DNA from: the human T2T-CHM13v2.0 reference genome, Homo sapiens
Strand: one strand, 5' to 3'
Assembly (NCBI RefSeq): GCF_009914755.1
Contig: NC_060935.1
Length of the DNA stretch: 64,000 nt
Part shown: positions 14,865 to 28,365 of the stretch, piece after piece
Layout of the letters: each line of letters starts with the position of its first letter
Numbering within the stretch: the first letter of the stretch is position 1
Notes under the pieces: model-generated
Seen by the model: the letters and a program-made list of their open reading frames with translations, nothing else
Databases searched by the model: none
Told to the model about the DNA's origin: nothing
Position numbers and translations under genes: made by a program

Positions 14865-16112
14865 ATGTTTTAACCAGATATTTTCAACTTCATTACACAG
14901 AAATCATCATTTCTGCCTCTGACATAAGCTTCCTTGCTTCTTGACACCCAACCAATAAGGAGTGTCACATATTTTAGATTTCTATTACAACAATAACCAC
15001 TGCAAATACAAATTTCTGTCTTGGTTAAGGCCACATTCCCAAATCACAGTGGCCCCATCACAAAGTCCAAACTAATATTCCCGATTGGTGGGTAACCTTT
15101 CACCTGATTATTCAGGGATCCATGCTTCTCCCATTTGTGACTCCATCCTTGGAGTCCTCTGCATCCATCCAGCAGATGGGAGAAAAGGATTGAAGAGTAG
15201 GGGTAGGAGATATTTATGGCTAGGCCTGGAATGGCAGATGTCACTTCTCACATTTCTTTGCCTAGAATTAAGTCAAATGGCTAAATGCAGTGAAGGCTAG
15301 GAAATGCAGTCTGGTTGTGATTCCTGGACAAAGAGAAACTAGTCCGCTGAGCAACTATCTAATCTCTGACATAGGAATGACAGCATGAAAAATGGATATT
15401 TAAAACCAGAAGACCTGATAAGGTCATGAAAGATAGAGTACAGATAAAGAAGGCATCTGAGGACTAAGCTCTGGGCCGCTCCAAAATCTAAAGGTCAGGA
15501 ATATAAAGAGAAAAGTTCAAATCAGAAAAAAGAGACAAAGATGAATTAGGAGGAAAATGAAGCATGTATGAACTCTCAGAAGCAAAATGAGGACAGTGTT
15601 TCAAGGGAAATACAGATCAACATTTGCCAAATGCTGTTGATAGGTCAGATGAGATGAAGAATGAGAACGGAGCATTGAATTTGACAGCACAGAAGTCACC
15701 ACTGCTGTTGCCAAAGCAGTTTCCCAAGTGTGAGGAAGATGAAAGCCTGGGTGAGGAGAGATTGGAGACAGTGAGCATGGCTAATTCTTTTGGAGAATTT
15801 TGTGGTAAAGGAGAAGACACAATAGCTGGATTAGGAAATGTGGTCAAGTGAGGGTATGTTTTTGTTGTTGCTTATTAGTTTTGTTTGTTGTTTTATTAAG
15901 ATAGAAACTATTACAGTATTTTTAAATGTTGATGGGAATGACTGATGAGAAAGAGGGAACATTATGGTGTGTAAAAGAGAAGGGACAGTTGTTTGCGTGA
16001 CATTCTGCGGAAGTTAAGGTCATGAGACCTAGTGCATAAGAATAGGAGCTGTTCTTACACAGGAACAGAGACCATTTGCAGAAGCAGAAGGGAAAGTAGA
16101 GTATGTGATACA

Positions 16113-17510
16113 GGGACTTCTGGTTTCTGATCCAGCATATAAGGAGCTTGGAAGTCATCACTCTTGTTATACAACAAGATAAAAGCTGAATAAACTGGAA
16201 ATTAACAATTCTTTTTAGATCTTTCAGAGAACTGAGGTCACAGGGCAAACTGCTATCCCCAAAATTAAAGACACAGACAAGCAGATACAGAGAATCACAG
16301 CTTACTGGAGCAGGCAGTAGCAGAAACCACCAGTGGAGCCAGTAAAATGGTAGGAAAACTTAAACAGTAATTGATGAAATGTGGGAACCTAAGCATGAAC
16401 AAGCTTGAAAGTTAACTCCAAAGGGGTCTCTTCTTAAGGAGCCCCCATCCATTCATTCTTGTGGTTTACCTCCAGGAGCCCTATCAGGTTTTCAAAGTGA
16501 AGATCAGAGAAAAATCCCCTTTACTTCTGGCAATGAGAGGGAAAAAGTAATTATTCTGAAATAGGCTAAAAACATTCTGTTCTCCTTAATAAGGATTTCT
16601 CTCAAGGAAAACATTTTACCAGAGCCTAAATGACCTGAGAGAATGGAAATACCCAACTCACCATCCCCCCAATCTTTCCTGTATCTCTTAAGGGGGAGAA
16701 AAGGCTGAAAAGCACTTGTGAAAGTCACAGCCTATGGGCACAGGCTCACTGAAGGACTGAGACCTATTCATAGTACTATAGAACAACTCTCCCCTGACCC
16801 CTGCACTACTTTTTACATCAATAAGGCACCTGGATAATAACAGGGAAATACAACTGAAAGAACTGCACATCTCAGACCTTATTTAAGAGTAAGTTTCTAT
16901 GGAAACCCAAAGGCACAAGAAAGAAAAAAACAAGGACACCAGAAGACACTTTGCCTATGACTCCTATAGCTATAGCCCACAGTAAATACACCCTAACTTC
17001 TATCCAGATAAACAAAATTTCACATTAAATTCTGATTTACCTCAGTTTATTTTACTCAGTGTATCATGTCCATATTTCAACCAAAAATTACAAGGCATAC
17101 TAAAAGACAAAAACACAGTCTGAAGAGACAGAACCAAACTCAGACATTGCAGAGATTTTGGAATTATCACATTGGCAATTTAAAAACAACTGTGATTAAT
17201 ATGCTAATGGCTATAATGAAAAAAGCGGACAATGTGCAAGAACAGATAAATAATTTAAACAGAGATTTAAACTCTAAGAAAGAATCAAAAGAAAATGCTA
17301 GAAATTAAAACCACTGTCACAGAAACGAAGAGTGCCTTGGATAGGCCATCAATGGACTAAACAGAATCAGTAAGCTTGAAAATGTCAATAGAAACTTTCA
17401 AAACTGAAAAGCAAGAGAAAAAAAGAATGAAAAAGATGGAATGGAATGCCAAGAACTGTGAGACAATTACAAAAATAATAACACATGCATAGTGTGAATA
17501 TCATAAAAAA
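16113..17510 (+). mobile_element. Ancient L1M (L1MC/MD-type) 5'UTR plus ORF1 N-terminal remnant
   Basis: gggacttctggtttc...gagcttggaagtcatcactc...gagaactgaggtcacagggcaaac resembles old L1M 5' ends. ORF 17066-17308 (QPKITRHTKRQ...VINML...DNVQEQINN) is ORF1-like. Confidence 0.7.
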
Positions 17511-17761
17511 AGGAATATATGCAGAGTTTAGTCAAAGTGATAGAGTGATGGAGTAAAGCCACTTTTAAAAATTTCTTCCATTTTTTTCTCAGGGATATAG
17601 GAAGCTAGGTCATTGCTGAGAATAAGGACAGAAGAGGAGGTTTACAGATCTGAGGGGAGAATAGAGGAAATAGCGAGGGAAGGAGATGGGGAGAGAGAGA
17701 GAGAAAGAGAGAGGAAGGGAGTGGGGTGTATGGGGAGTTGTTCAGAGCTGTCTTGGAGAAT

Positions 17762-18060
17762 ATATGTCACACCAAAATAATCCAAGATCAGAATGGCATT
17801 AGCGTTCACAAAAGAAACACTGCAATGCTTTAGAATTCTTTGAAGAAGTTATTTACAGCATAGAATTTTGTATCCAGCCAAATTATCAATCCACCATAAA
17901 TATGTAAAATATCTCCGATGAACTCCTTTTCAGAAACTTTCCGGAAAATGTGCTCCAACAAAATGAAAAAGTAGTACAAGAAAGAGAAAAACACAAGATC
18001 CAGGGAAGGGGGTCTAGAACAAGGCCCTGATGGGAGAGAAAACACACGGTCATTCTGGGG
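17762..18060 (+). mobile_element. L1ME/HAL1-type ORF1 C-terminal remnant (continuation of 9450-10612)
   Basis: gatcagaatggcattag...tagaattttgtatccagccaaattatcaatc...atgtgctccaacaaaatga...caagaaagagaaaaacacaagatccagg. Confidence 0.55.
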
Positions 18061-18064
18061 ACCT

Positions 18065-18420
18065 GTACAGAGTTGCACAGCTTTAAGGGGAGTTGGGAGA
18101 ATGGCAAGAGATGAGGCTGGAGACCAGGGCAGGTGCCAAATTTTGAAGTGTTTCCTATGTCAAGCAAAAGAAATTGGATTTTTCCCTAAGACCAAAAGGG
18201 CACCACTGAAGGGTTTCAGCCAGAGGAAGCTCCTGATTAGATCTGTATTTCAGAGCTTTCACTGTGGCTACAGCGTGAAGAGTGAATCAGAGGCATAAAA
18301 TTGTGCAGATAGGAGCAGTTTTGAGGCTGTTATGTGGACAAGGCATCTGAACTAAGAATGTTAGTAAGGAAGAAATGCAGGAAATTGGTTTGAGTGGTGA
18401 TAAGAAATAATAATCAATTT
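18065..18420 (-). mobile_element. L2 fragment
   Basis: gagatgaggctggaga...ttggatttttccctaag...ccactgaagggtttcagc. Confidence 0.6.
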
Positions 18421-18989
18421 TAAATCTCTATCTAAATAAAAAATCAATAGCTGGCATTGTTTTCTGAGTGGTTACCATGTGCTGGGCCCAGTTTCAAGTG
18501 TCTTCTGGGCATTAACGTGGTTGTCAATCACAGCAACTATATGAGAGCAGATGAGGACACTGAAGTGCATGGTAAATGGAAAAGCTGGAATCAGTCTGAA
18601 GCATTTGATCCAGAGTGCATGTGCATAACCACTTCCCAAATGACCATAGTTTCAACTAAAAATGTGTCTGGAAATGCAAAGGTCCAGGCCAGAATCCCAG
18701 TGTTGCCACAGAGACTCTGTGCCCAACGAAGCCCTGATTAGTCAGTAATCCCAACCCACTTTCTCTTGGGTCAAATTAACTGCAGCACACAGCAATTAGA
18801 TGATGAGACAAAGGAAAAACAGGAGGTGGCAAAGAGGGGAAAGAAGACTGATCATGATGAGATGTGGAGAAGGCCAAAGGTGTGGTCAAACAGGTGGAGA
18901 GATCCCACTGGAATTAAATCCTGCTCCAAACCTGATATAGGAGAAAAGTTAGCTACATGGGAAGATGGTCTCAATGTGTTGTCAAGTAA

Positions 18990-19407
<418 letters not shown>

Positions 19408-20059
19408 TGGGAATACATTTTTTAAATGTGCCTTCCTTTTGTTTATTCTTTCTATAAAAGAATGTGACATTTTGGGCCAGCAAATTTCCAAAACCCTCTT
19501 CACTAAAAAATATGCATTTTTCATCTCCTTCAGAAGGTCATGTTTCTCCCAAGTACCAATTAGTTTATTAACAACTATGCTCAACCTGGGTGTCCTCTTG
19601 TCCTCTCTCAAATGTAAATTTCAGCAACCCAATCTCTGAATAGTTTCTACAGTGATGCTTTGAGACAACTTATGGAGCTAGCATTTAGGGGTTATGTCTG
19701 TCTTAGAAACTGCCTTGAAAGAAAGAAGGAGATGGAAAGAAGACAGACACAAATTAAGGGGCAACACCACAACACAAAATATATTGAAGTATAATATTTA
19801 TCCTAATTTTTAAAATAATACTAAAAAGCAACATTTGGCTCAGAATTTTGTTCCTACTACTAAGTCCAAAAGCCCATGAGTGCACATTTAGTGTATTCCC
19901 CTGCCTTCAAGAATAACTGTAACTGTTCAACCTCAGACCAAAAAGAACTTGATATACAGCAGGTAACCAACTGCCCTGCTCTGGAGGTAGGGAGTTCATG
20001 GTCATATTCTCTCTTCTGTCATTAAGCATACACATCGGGCACATTATCATCAAATTGTA

Positions 20060-20224
20060 TTCTTCTTCTTCTTCTTTTTCTTCTTCTTCTTCTTTGTCTT
20101 CTTCTCCTTTTCTTCTTCTTCTTCTCCTCCTCCTCCTCCTCTTCTTCTTCTCCTCCTCCTCTTCTTCTTCTTTTCTTCATCTTCATCTTCTTCTTCTTTT
20201 CTTCATCTTCATCTTCTTCTTCTT
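20060..20224. repeat. Imperfect (TTC)n/(CTC)n/(CTTCAT)n polypyrimidine repeat
   Basis: Direct reading. Adjoins the tail of a MIR. Confidence 0.92.
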
Positions 20225-20239
20225 AAACATTGTCATCAT

Positions 20240-20480
20240 AATCATCATGGCTAACACCTAGCATGTACCATATATCAGGGACTTTGTTGACATTAACTCA
20301 TTTAATCTTCAAAAGAATCCTATGAGATCAGTACTATTATTTCCTTATTACAGATACAACAATTAATGCACAGAAATGAATCAACTTATCTAAAAACATG
20401 TTGCTGGTAAGTGTCAGAGCCAGTATTTAGACTCAGGAAGTCTGGTTCAGAGTCCAGGCTCTTAGCCATCACACTATAAG
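20240..20480 (-). mobile_element. MIR
   Basis: cattaactcatttaatcttc...tattatttccttattacagat...ggtaagtgtcagagccagtatttagactcaggaagtctgg. Confidence 0.75.
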
Positions 20481-22904
20481 AACAGGTATAATAAACATCT
20501 ACCCACCTATAGAATGTAAATTCCATCTTTTATGCAAAGATTTCTTCATCATAATGATAATTCAAACTCAAGGATAGCATTAAACCTCACTACCACCATT
20601 TAGGCTTAAAAGACAAGAGTGCATCTCCCATTCTAACTAGTCAGAAGTGATTCCAAATTTATGAAACTTGGAGATGGAGGCAATGCAAGGGAAATTACAT
20701 TTAGCAACAGAATAGTTATTTGTATAAGCAGGCTTCAAAGTATTTTGGACAAACCATAACTTTTGCTGAAGTTGACAATAAAATAATTTGGAAAAGAATG
20801 TATGGTCCTCATGCACTAACAACAATTGCATAGGTGTTATTTTTAATTCATTTTTCCAGCTGCCTTATTGTAAAAGACTCTGAGCCAGTGAAAAAAGCTG
20901 TTTACTGCCTTTTGTTGTTCTTTCTGCATATGATAAGAGAATAGTATCTAGCTCCCAACAGTGCCCAAAAGGAAGAAGAAAGCAAGGAATTTCTGTAATG
21001 AAGTGTAAGAAGCTAACTCCTTCTTCCACAAACCTGTGTTTCTTTAGGTTATTTTCCTGGCTGCTAGTTTCCCAAAGATGGAGAGTCAACTTTTGTCTGG
21101 GCCTCAATAATTTGGTATTTGAACATGTTTGTTGTATGATGCCTTATTGGAGTCATCTTACTACCATCTATTCCATACACCAGGTCTATTCTGAGGTATA
21201 GTAACCCAGGAAAACAGAGTTTCTACTAGAAACACATTACAAAATCCAGTTGTGCTGTCACATATTATCTTCTCTGCATTACAACCAATGTTTTAGATAA
21301 TTACTAAGTTATATGTAAATTCAGATCTGTCCAACACTTGAGTGAATGACATATAGATTCCAAAGCTGTTAAGAAGAGCAAATGTAAAGGCTCTGTGAAG
21401 ATTATGCTTGAGGGAGTATTATTATCAACCTTCAAATGGAAGAAATGTAGTTTTATTTACTAGCATCACCTTTCCCAGACCTCAACAAAGTTTTCTTGAC
21501 GTCTCTAATGTGACCAAAGAGCTGTTCAGTGTCGCTGAGGAGATGTGCAAGGTGGACAGAGGAGAGGGCACCACTGGAGCAACTGCCGTGAAAGAAACAC
21601 CACAGTGGTAGCAATGACATATTTTTGTGTCCTAAATTAACAGCAAACTAACTCTAGAGGAGATGCAGTAGCCTCAAATTGAGACTAGGAGATGAACAGT
21701 TCAAATGTTACAATGGTACAATCCTCAAATGTCATAATATCCCAACAAGAAAAGAAGAGAAAAAACAAATTTGCACCTCCAAGCATGTAATTTTCTCTAC
21801 TCAAAATACAAACATGACCTTATTAATCCAAATCGAACCAACAACTTGTGACATTTTTCTCATTTGGAAGATTAATATTCAAGCAAGCAACTTAATTTCT
21901 AACCCCGAGTTCAAAAATTTATGAATTCACCCTTGCAGGGTTCAACAACCCTGGGTCCTCTCAGGCCGGAAACACAATGCAGGATAGTTTTGGATTCATG
22001 AGTCACCTTACCACATTATAAACTCTCCAAGAATGGTTGGTCAAACCTAACTTCCACCAGATTCACACCCAGATACCAAGGTGCATAAACTTGGGAACTA
22101 TCCAACATGCAAGTACCGATCCAGTTCTCCATCTTTTATTTGTCTTATTCTACATAATATGAATATCTCGTTCATATAAACACTTGGTTCCTACTATGTG
22201 TTGAATGCTACATGATCTCTGGAAATATCCAGATAAATGTTGTCTTTATTCAGTCACATATTCTCATTAGGTCTTCCTGGCATGCATTTGAGATTATAAA
22301 GACAAAGTTCATAAACCCAGTTAAATCTCAATTCTATAATGCTGAACTCACTAATTGAGTGCCCTAGCTCAAGAAAATAACTGGTCATAGACCATACTAA
22401 TTACACCATCGTTGGTACAGCAATCTTCATAAATATCAAGAAAATGATACACAGTTAACTTTTAATTATCCACACTAATGAAGGGGAACAGTGGCATGGT
22501 TAATCCAAAATAGTTTACAAACCAATAATAATTTCTATTAGGATTTGGAATTCATTATGTGATTTTCTTCCCAGAAGATTTACCTTCTGATTATATTTTT
22601 CATGATGAATATTCAAGCAAGAAACTTAATCTGTATCTAGGGTTTTAAAATTTATAAACTTCTGCCTCCATCCTAGGCTTGAAGAACTGAAATGTAATGT
22701 CTTTTACTAAAGTTGTTGATATTACCATAACTTTGTATAATCCCATCCTGAACTTTCCATGGATGATGAATTATAATTAAGTCCTAATGCCAAGCTTTCC
22801 CAGGAAAGAAAGGCATAAGGATTCAGCTCACAATTTCTAAGCTCTTCCTCTCTCATCCTTTTAACTCATCCTATTTAATTAGGCATTACTCATCCATGAG
22901 TATC

Positions 22905-23297
22905 TGTATTAATTAGCTGTTCCTGTAATAACACTGAGTAACAAACTACCTTGAAACCCAATGACTTTAAAAAACAAGCATTCATTTCTTCCTCACAGAT
23001 CTTCAAATTGGCAGAACCCAGATCAAACTCATGATTTGGCTCAAACCTCCTCCAGGTGTGTCCCTATTTGCCTTAGACCAGTGGCCCCAGTGAAACACAG
23101 GAGCATAAGAAGACAAGATGACAAGAAAAGCAAATTATGCACATTTAAGGCCTCTGCTTACATCATGTCTGCTCACATTCCAGTGGCTAGGGAAGTCACA
23201 TTGCCAAGCTCAAAGTCAAGAGGGCACAAGAAGTATACTCCATATCAAGGAGGAAAAAATGAAGATAAATTTTTACTGAAAACAATCTAATCTATCA
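22905..23297 (-). mobile_element. MLT1-type MaLR solo LTR (old)
   Basis: tgtattaattagc...taacaaactacc...gcctctgcttacatcatgtctgctcacattccagtggc...aatctatca. Confidence 0.6.
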
Positions 23298-25069
23298 TTT
23301 AATATTCATTAGGCTGTCTGGTAGATTTTGGAAATACTAGGATTATTAAGTCATAATTTCTGTCCTCAAGGAACTCATATTTGGGGTGGGCAGATGGTAC
23401 TAAAAAGATAATGCTAAAAAACACTAAATAAGGAGACACCCAGGATATTATGTGAGTAGGAAGTGGCAAATCAGAGAATCTAATATAATAATTCTTGAGC
23501 TTAGGGAATCATCAAAGGCTTTACATTTGAGTGTCTGAGGTGGTCCTTGAAGATAAATATGAGTTTCCAGGGAAAAAATATAAGCAAAGATGCAGAAGTA
23601 TGGGAGTAAATGGTCTCTTCAATAAATGACAGGGCATACAGTGTGACTAAAGCCTAGTATATGTGACAATGGCTGAGAACACATTTTACTCCACAGTTCT
23701 TTGAGTAAGTCAACCCTGGTTTAAAAGAGTAATATTTGGATGATGGAGAAAATATTCTAATATTATTGAGTGCACCTAAGGTTACATACCTTTGGGTTTA
23801 TTTATCCCAGAACCATTATAAGCAAGGAAGTTGCTATTAATTTGCATTCGCAGAGATGCAGAAATAAGGACTCACCAAGGTGAAGTGACTTGTCCAAGGT
23901 CATATGACTAGTAAATGAGGCTTGAAATACAGTTCCAGCTCTGGTCTTCTCCGCTAGGCTCTATTGGAAGTATCCTGGGAGTTCTGGCTACTTCGTTAGT
24001 CCTATGAGCTAAGTTCAGGCTATAAAAAGTATAGCCTTCTAGGCTATACTAACAAGTTCAGAATTTATGAATGGCATTGAGGTAGGTTCCAAATAGGGGA
24101 ACAAGAGACATCACCGGAACTTGACTTTGAAAAGACATCCAGTGGCAGAGTGGACAGGAGATTGGAGAGATGGAGAGGTACTAGAGGCAGGTAAGGGGTT
24201 ATGGCAATAGTTGGGTATACAATCAGGCCTTGAACCAGGACAGCACCAGAAGTAAGGAAGGAAAGAAAGTTGACTTGCGAAACATTTTGGATGTGCAATC
24301 AGAAAACAATTTGATTAAAAAAAAAAAAAGATGAGAAGAAGAAGGAGTCTTGAATTCCTCTGTTTTCCAAGCTTATGCAGCTACTTAAAAGGTTAAGCCA
24401 TTTCCTCTTTTTGCTTTCCAGACCACTCTACACTACAGTTTCTCCTTTCCATATCTCCCCCAGAGACAATGAATTCTGCCTCCTAGCCTAATTGAAAGCC
24501 AGAGGGCAGCAGAACAGAAGAGTGGTTGAGGCAAAGGAAGAGTCATTTGATGAGAAAAGATTGATATATTCCTTTCCATAATCAGTGGAACACAGGTGAA
24601 TAGATTTAGCAGGTTCTTTATCGAGTGCCTTTAATCACCTAACTCAAATCAATACTCCTTCAGGGGAACATAAATTAATTCTCCAAACAAACAGCTAATG
24701 CCTAAGGAGAGCTGTCTGTAGTGTTTACACACTCCAGCTCCACTGTTGGAGATGAAAGAAAGGCAAGTATGAACCCAGAGGCAGAATCTTCACTTGGAAA
24801 TGCACAGGGTCAGGAGCAAAGGCTCCTAAGTATACTGACACTTCCTGTATTTTTTCAACATCATCTGAATTGACACTAGTGGACAGTTACCTACAGATGA
24901 TACAGCCCCCTGCTGGTCACAAGCACTAGGGGCTAGGGAGGAGGGCTCTGCAGTTTTTCTATTCTGAGCCCTTCTCATCTTTCCATATACACCATTAAAA
25001 GTATTGAGAGAGGTTCCCAGGATGGCAGAGTTAGCTCCCAGAAATTCCAGGATACTTCCAATAGAGTCT

Positions 25070-25268
25070 AGTGGAAAAGGCCAGAGCTGGAACTGTATTT
25101 CAAGCCTCATTTACTAGTCTTGTGACTTTGAGCAAGTCACTTTCCCTTGGTGGGTCCCCATTTCTACATCTGTGCAAATGAAAATTAATAGCTACTTCCC
25201 TGCTTATAATGGTTCTGGCATAGATAACCTCAAAGGTCTGCAACCTAAGGTGCACTCAATAATATTAG
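25070..25268 (+). mobile_element. MIR
   Basis: ttactagtcttgtgactttgagcaagtcactt...cactcaataatattag. Confidence 0.6.
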
Positions 25269-26440
25269 AATATTTTCTCCCTTTATCCCTGCTAAACCAG
25301 GGCTGATTTACTCAAAAAACTGTCAAATAAAATTGCTCACAACACTTTCCCAAGTGGAAAGTCTGCAGAAACAATATGTGGCTTGTGCAGTAAGAACTAG
25401 CATAATACCTACTTCCTGTCTTCAATCTTCCTCCTGCTATTTGCTCTGACTGGAAGAGCCAGACCAAAATTCCGAACATTAGCCATCCATGCTGAGAGCA
25501 AGGCCAAGGGTTAACACAGCCCTTTTTAAATGATCCCAGTTGTTGTTCTAAACAATGGTAGCTATTGTCAGTATTATTAATAAATACTATTCGACCAAAC
25601 TGGTGTGTATGTGTCTTGCTTAAACGTGAGGTGAAGAGGTCAAAGCATGAAGGATGAGACTACATTTCTCTTTTCAGAATGACCTCAGGGCAATTTCTAA
25701 GAGATTCAACCAACAAAGGAAACAGACGTACAGCTTCTTCTTGCTTCTGGCCCCTTTCTCCAGGTTGGACATCATTTCTGCAGCCTATAATCCTCCCACA
25801 CTTGGAGAATTAATATGCAAATTTCCTAATTATATGGCCAAGAATTTTACAGGTCTCGCCTGGAGTGATAAATTAGTTCCCAGGTCTCTGCCTTCCTCAA
25901 TAGGGGGTCTGGTAACCTCAACTTCAGGATAGTCATAGAAACCATTAGTGTCACTAAATTAACCAGCCCTCAGAATTAGCCAAGAGAAAGTGTATATTGA
26001 TCTGACTTAGCGATGTGAGAAGAGAAGCGATTTCTTTTATGATTAGCCTTTTCAAAGTCCTCTTAGGCTACTCATACTCTCTGCTGATGGAAAGATTACT
26101 GAAAAATAATTAAAAATGTCCCCAGAACCACAAAGTCTTTGTGCCATTATTTCCCCTAAAATAATAAAATTACTTATACATTCAACTGTAAGCGTCCTTT
26201 AGAGTTACTCGTGGCAAAGATACCTATATGAATATAGAAATGTAAAATAATAGTTTCTATGTCTTAGGAAATTCACTATTTAATAGACAAAAATTATGAT
26301 TATTATCATTTTTACATTGTGCTAAAGTTAATAAAATGTTTTTTATATACAGTATTTTATTAAAATGTTCACAACTATGAGAGATGGGTAGTACCTTTAT
26401 ACCCAATTTACAGGTATGTATACTAAGACAAAGAGAATGA

Positions 26441-26724
<284 letters not shown>

Positions 26725-28109
26725 AGGTAACTAAAACAATTTACTCACCTTACACCTTAGAGACGCCTTACACACACATGCACATACACACACGCAACCA
26801 GTGTATAGTGTCTTTAATATCTGATAAATTCACAGAGCCTCAGTATCCTCATCCAAAAATGGGAGCATTAAAACCCATCTCAAATGAAATGAGCTCCTGT
26901 CTATCAGCACTTGCCAGGGCCTGTCATAAGGATGCATTCTTTAAGTGACAGCTGAACACTCAAGCAGCATTACTCACCTAGAAAGGGGCCTCATAGAAAA
27001 GATGCAATTTTTCTTTCCAATGAAGTTATTGATTCCCTTTAAGGAGACTCTCAGCAGGATAAATGACCCTTCATTATTTCCCTGGCATACTCCTGGCACT
27101 TCGGGGGTTTCAAACAAATTTGACTTACCACATCTGTGAGACCCAAAGGTCAAGAGACATTGCTTCATAATGGCAGAAAATTATCATATTGATAAAAATT
27201 GACCATTGTTCACATACTGAATTCCTCCAAAGAGGAGCATTCTGGAGCATTTTGGAATAGAGAAGGCAGGGCTGATTAGGATCAACCATCTTTATGCAGA
27301 AGGGCCTTGAGTGCATACCAAGCCATCTGCAGTCAGAGAATAAACCACAGTGGAACGAAGCAACTTATTTTCTGTCTCTAGTCATCGATTCCTGACACGA
27401 ATTCTGAAAGCTTGCCTTAAAATCCATATTTAGTTATTTCGCTTTTCTTTTAAGATACATTGGTAGCTCCCCAATTCCCATAACCTAAAATCTGCCCTTA
27501 CTTACCTGCCCGCATCCTCGTCTCTTGCCAATCTCCCCCTACATCCCCACCTATACTCCTGCCCCACCAAATCTCACTGTCAACCCATCACATCCCTTTT
27601 GGACTCAAGACATTTTATACATCACTTTTTTGAAACAACTATTTTACTGTGAGCCATCTTGACTACATCTCGACAGATTTTGGTATCCCATTTCCGTCCC
27701 CACTTTACTTTCCACAAGATGATTCTAGTTTTTCCTCATCTTCTAACCATGTCAAATCAACAACCAAACCAGAAAAAGATTTTTTAGTGATCAATTTTTC
27801 CATGCCCTGGTTTAGGTCATAACCAATTTCCCATCAATTCTGACATCAATGGGGCTTGCTATTCCACTTTACCAGGACAGCAAGTTCTGCATTTGAGAAT
27901 GCCTGCAGTGTTTGAGATGCCTCATTCAAATCATCCTTCTACTTCACTTCACTTTGAAAACAGCGTAAGAATCAAGAGAAGCTAAGCATGAACTGAGAAT
28001 CCTGATCAAGACGAAAAGAATGATCCGACTGGTTGGTTTCACCATCATAAGGAGGGATTCCTCTGGCTATGTGTTGCATTCATTTCTTGGCACATCGAGA
28101 GGCAACCTA

Positions 28110-28365
28110 GGACACTATTAATAACATGAGCTCAAGGGACAAACTGCCTGGGTGTGAGTTGTGGCTCTGCCACTTATGAGATGTGTGACCTGCGGCACAT
28201 TTTTTCACTTCTTTGTGTCTGTTTCCTCCTTTGTAAAATGAAGGTAATAATAATACCTAACTCATAAAGCTGTTGAGAGGATGAGTCAATACTTATGAAT
28301 GCACACACATACACAGAAAAGGAACTGCCACATATAAACACTAAATAAATGTTTGTTAAATAAAA
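28110..28365 (+). mobile_element. MIR
   Basis: aactgcctgggt...ggctctgccacttatgagatgtgtgacct...gtttcctcctttgtaaaatgaaggtaataataatacctaactcat. Confidence 0.8.

Larger units (their letters stand above)
12522..15373 (-). mobile_element. Two-LTR MLT1 (MLT1J/K-like) MaLR provirus: LTRs ~12522-12920 and ~15017-15373 with internal sequence
   Basis: The two ends are homologous (attcctagttggtgggtggcc...gagtcctctgcattca vs attcccgattggtgggtaacc...gagtcctctgcatcca). MLT1-type start (ctgctgtaa...ctcagtggctt). MaLR-type tacaaatttc next to the right LTR. Confidence 0.7.

Noticed and set aside
19998-20261. Ser/Leu/Phe-rich membrane-like ORF (likewise 11299-11514 and 57132-57476)
   Set aside because: Artefacts of translating simple repeats.
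24398-24601. Possible plus-strand exon (tttttgctttccag| ... cacag|gtgaat)
   Set aside because: No recognisable peptide, and such site pairs are common pseudo-exons.
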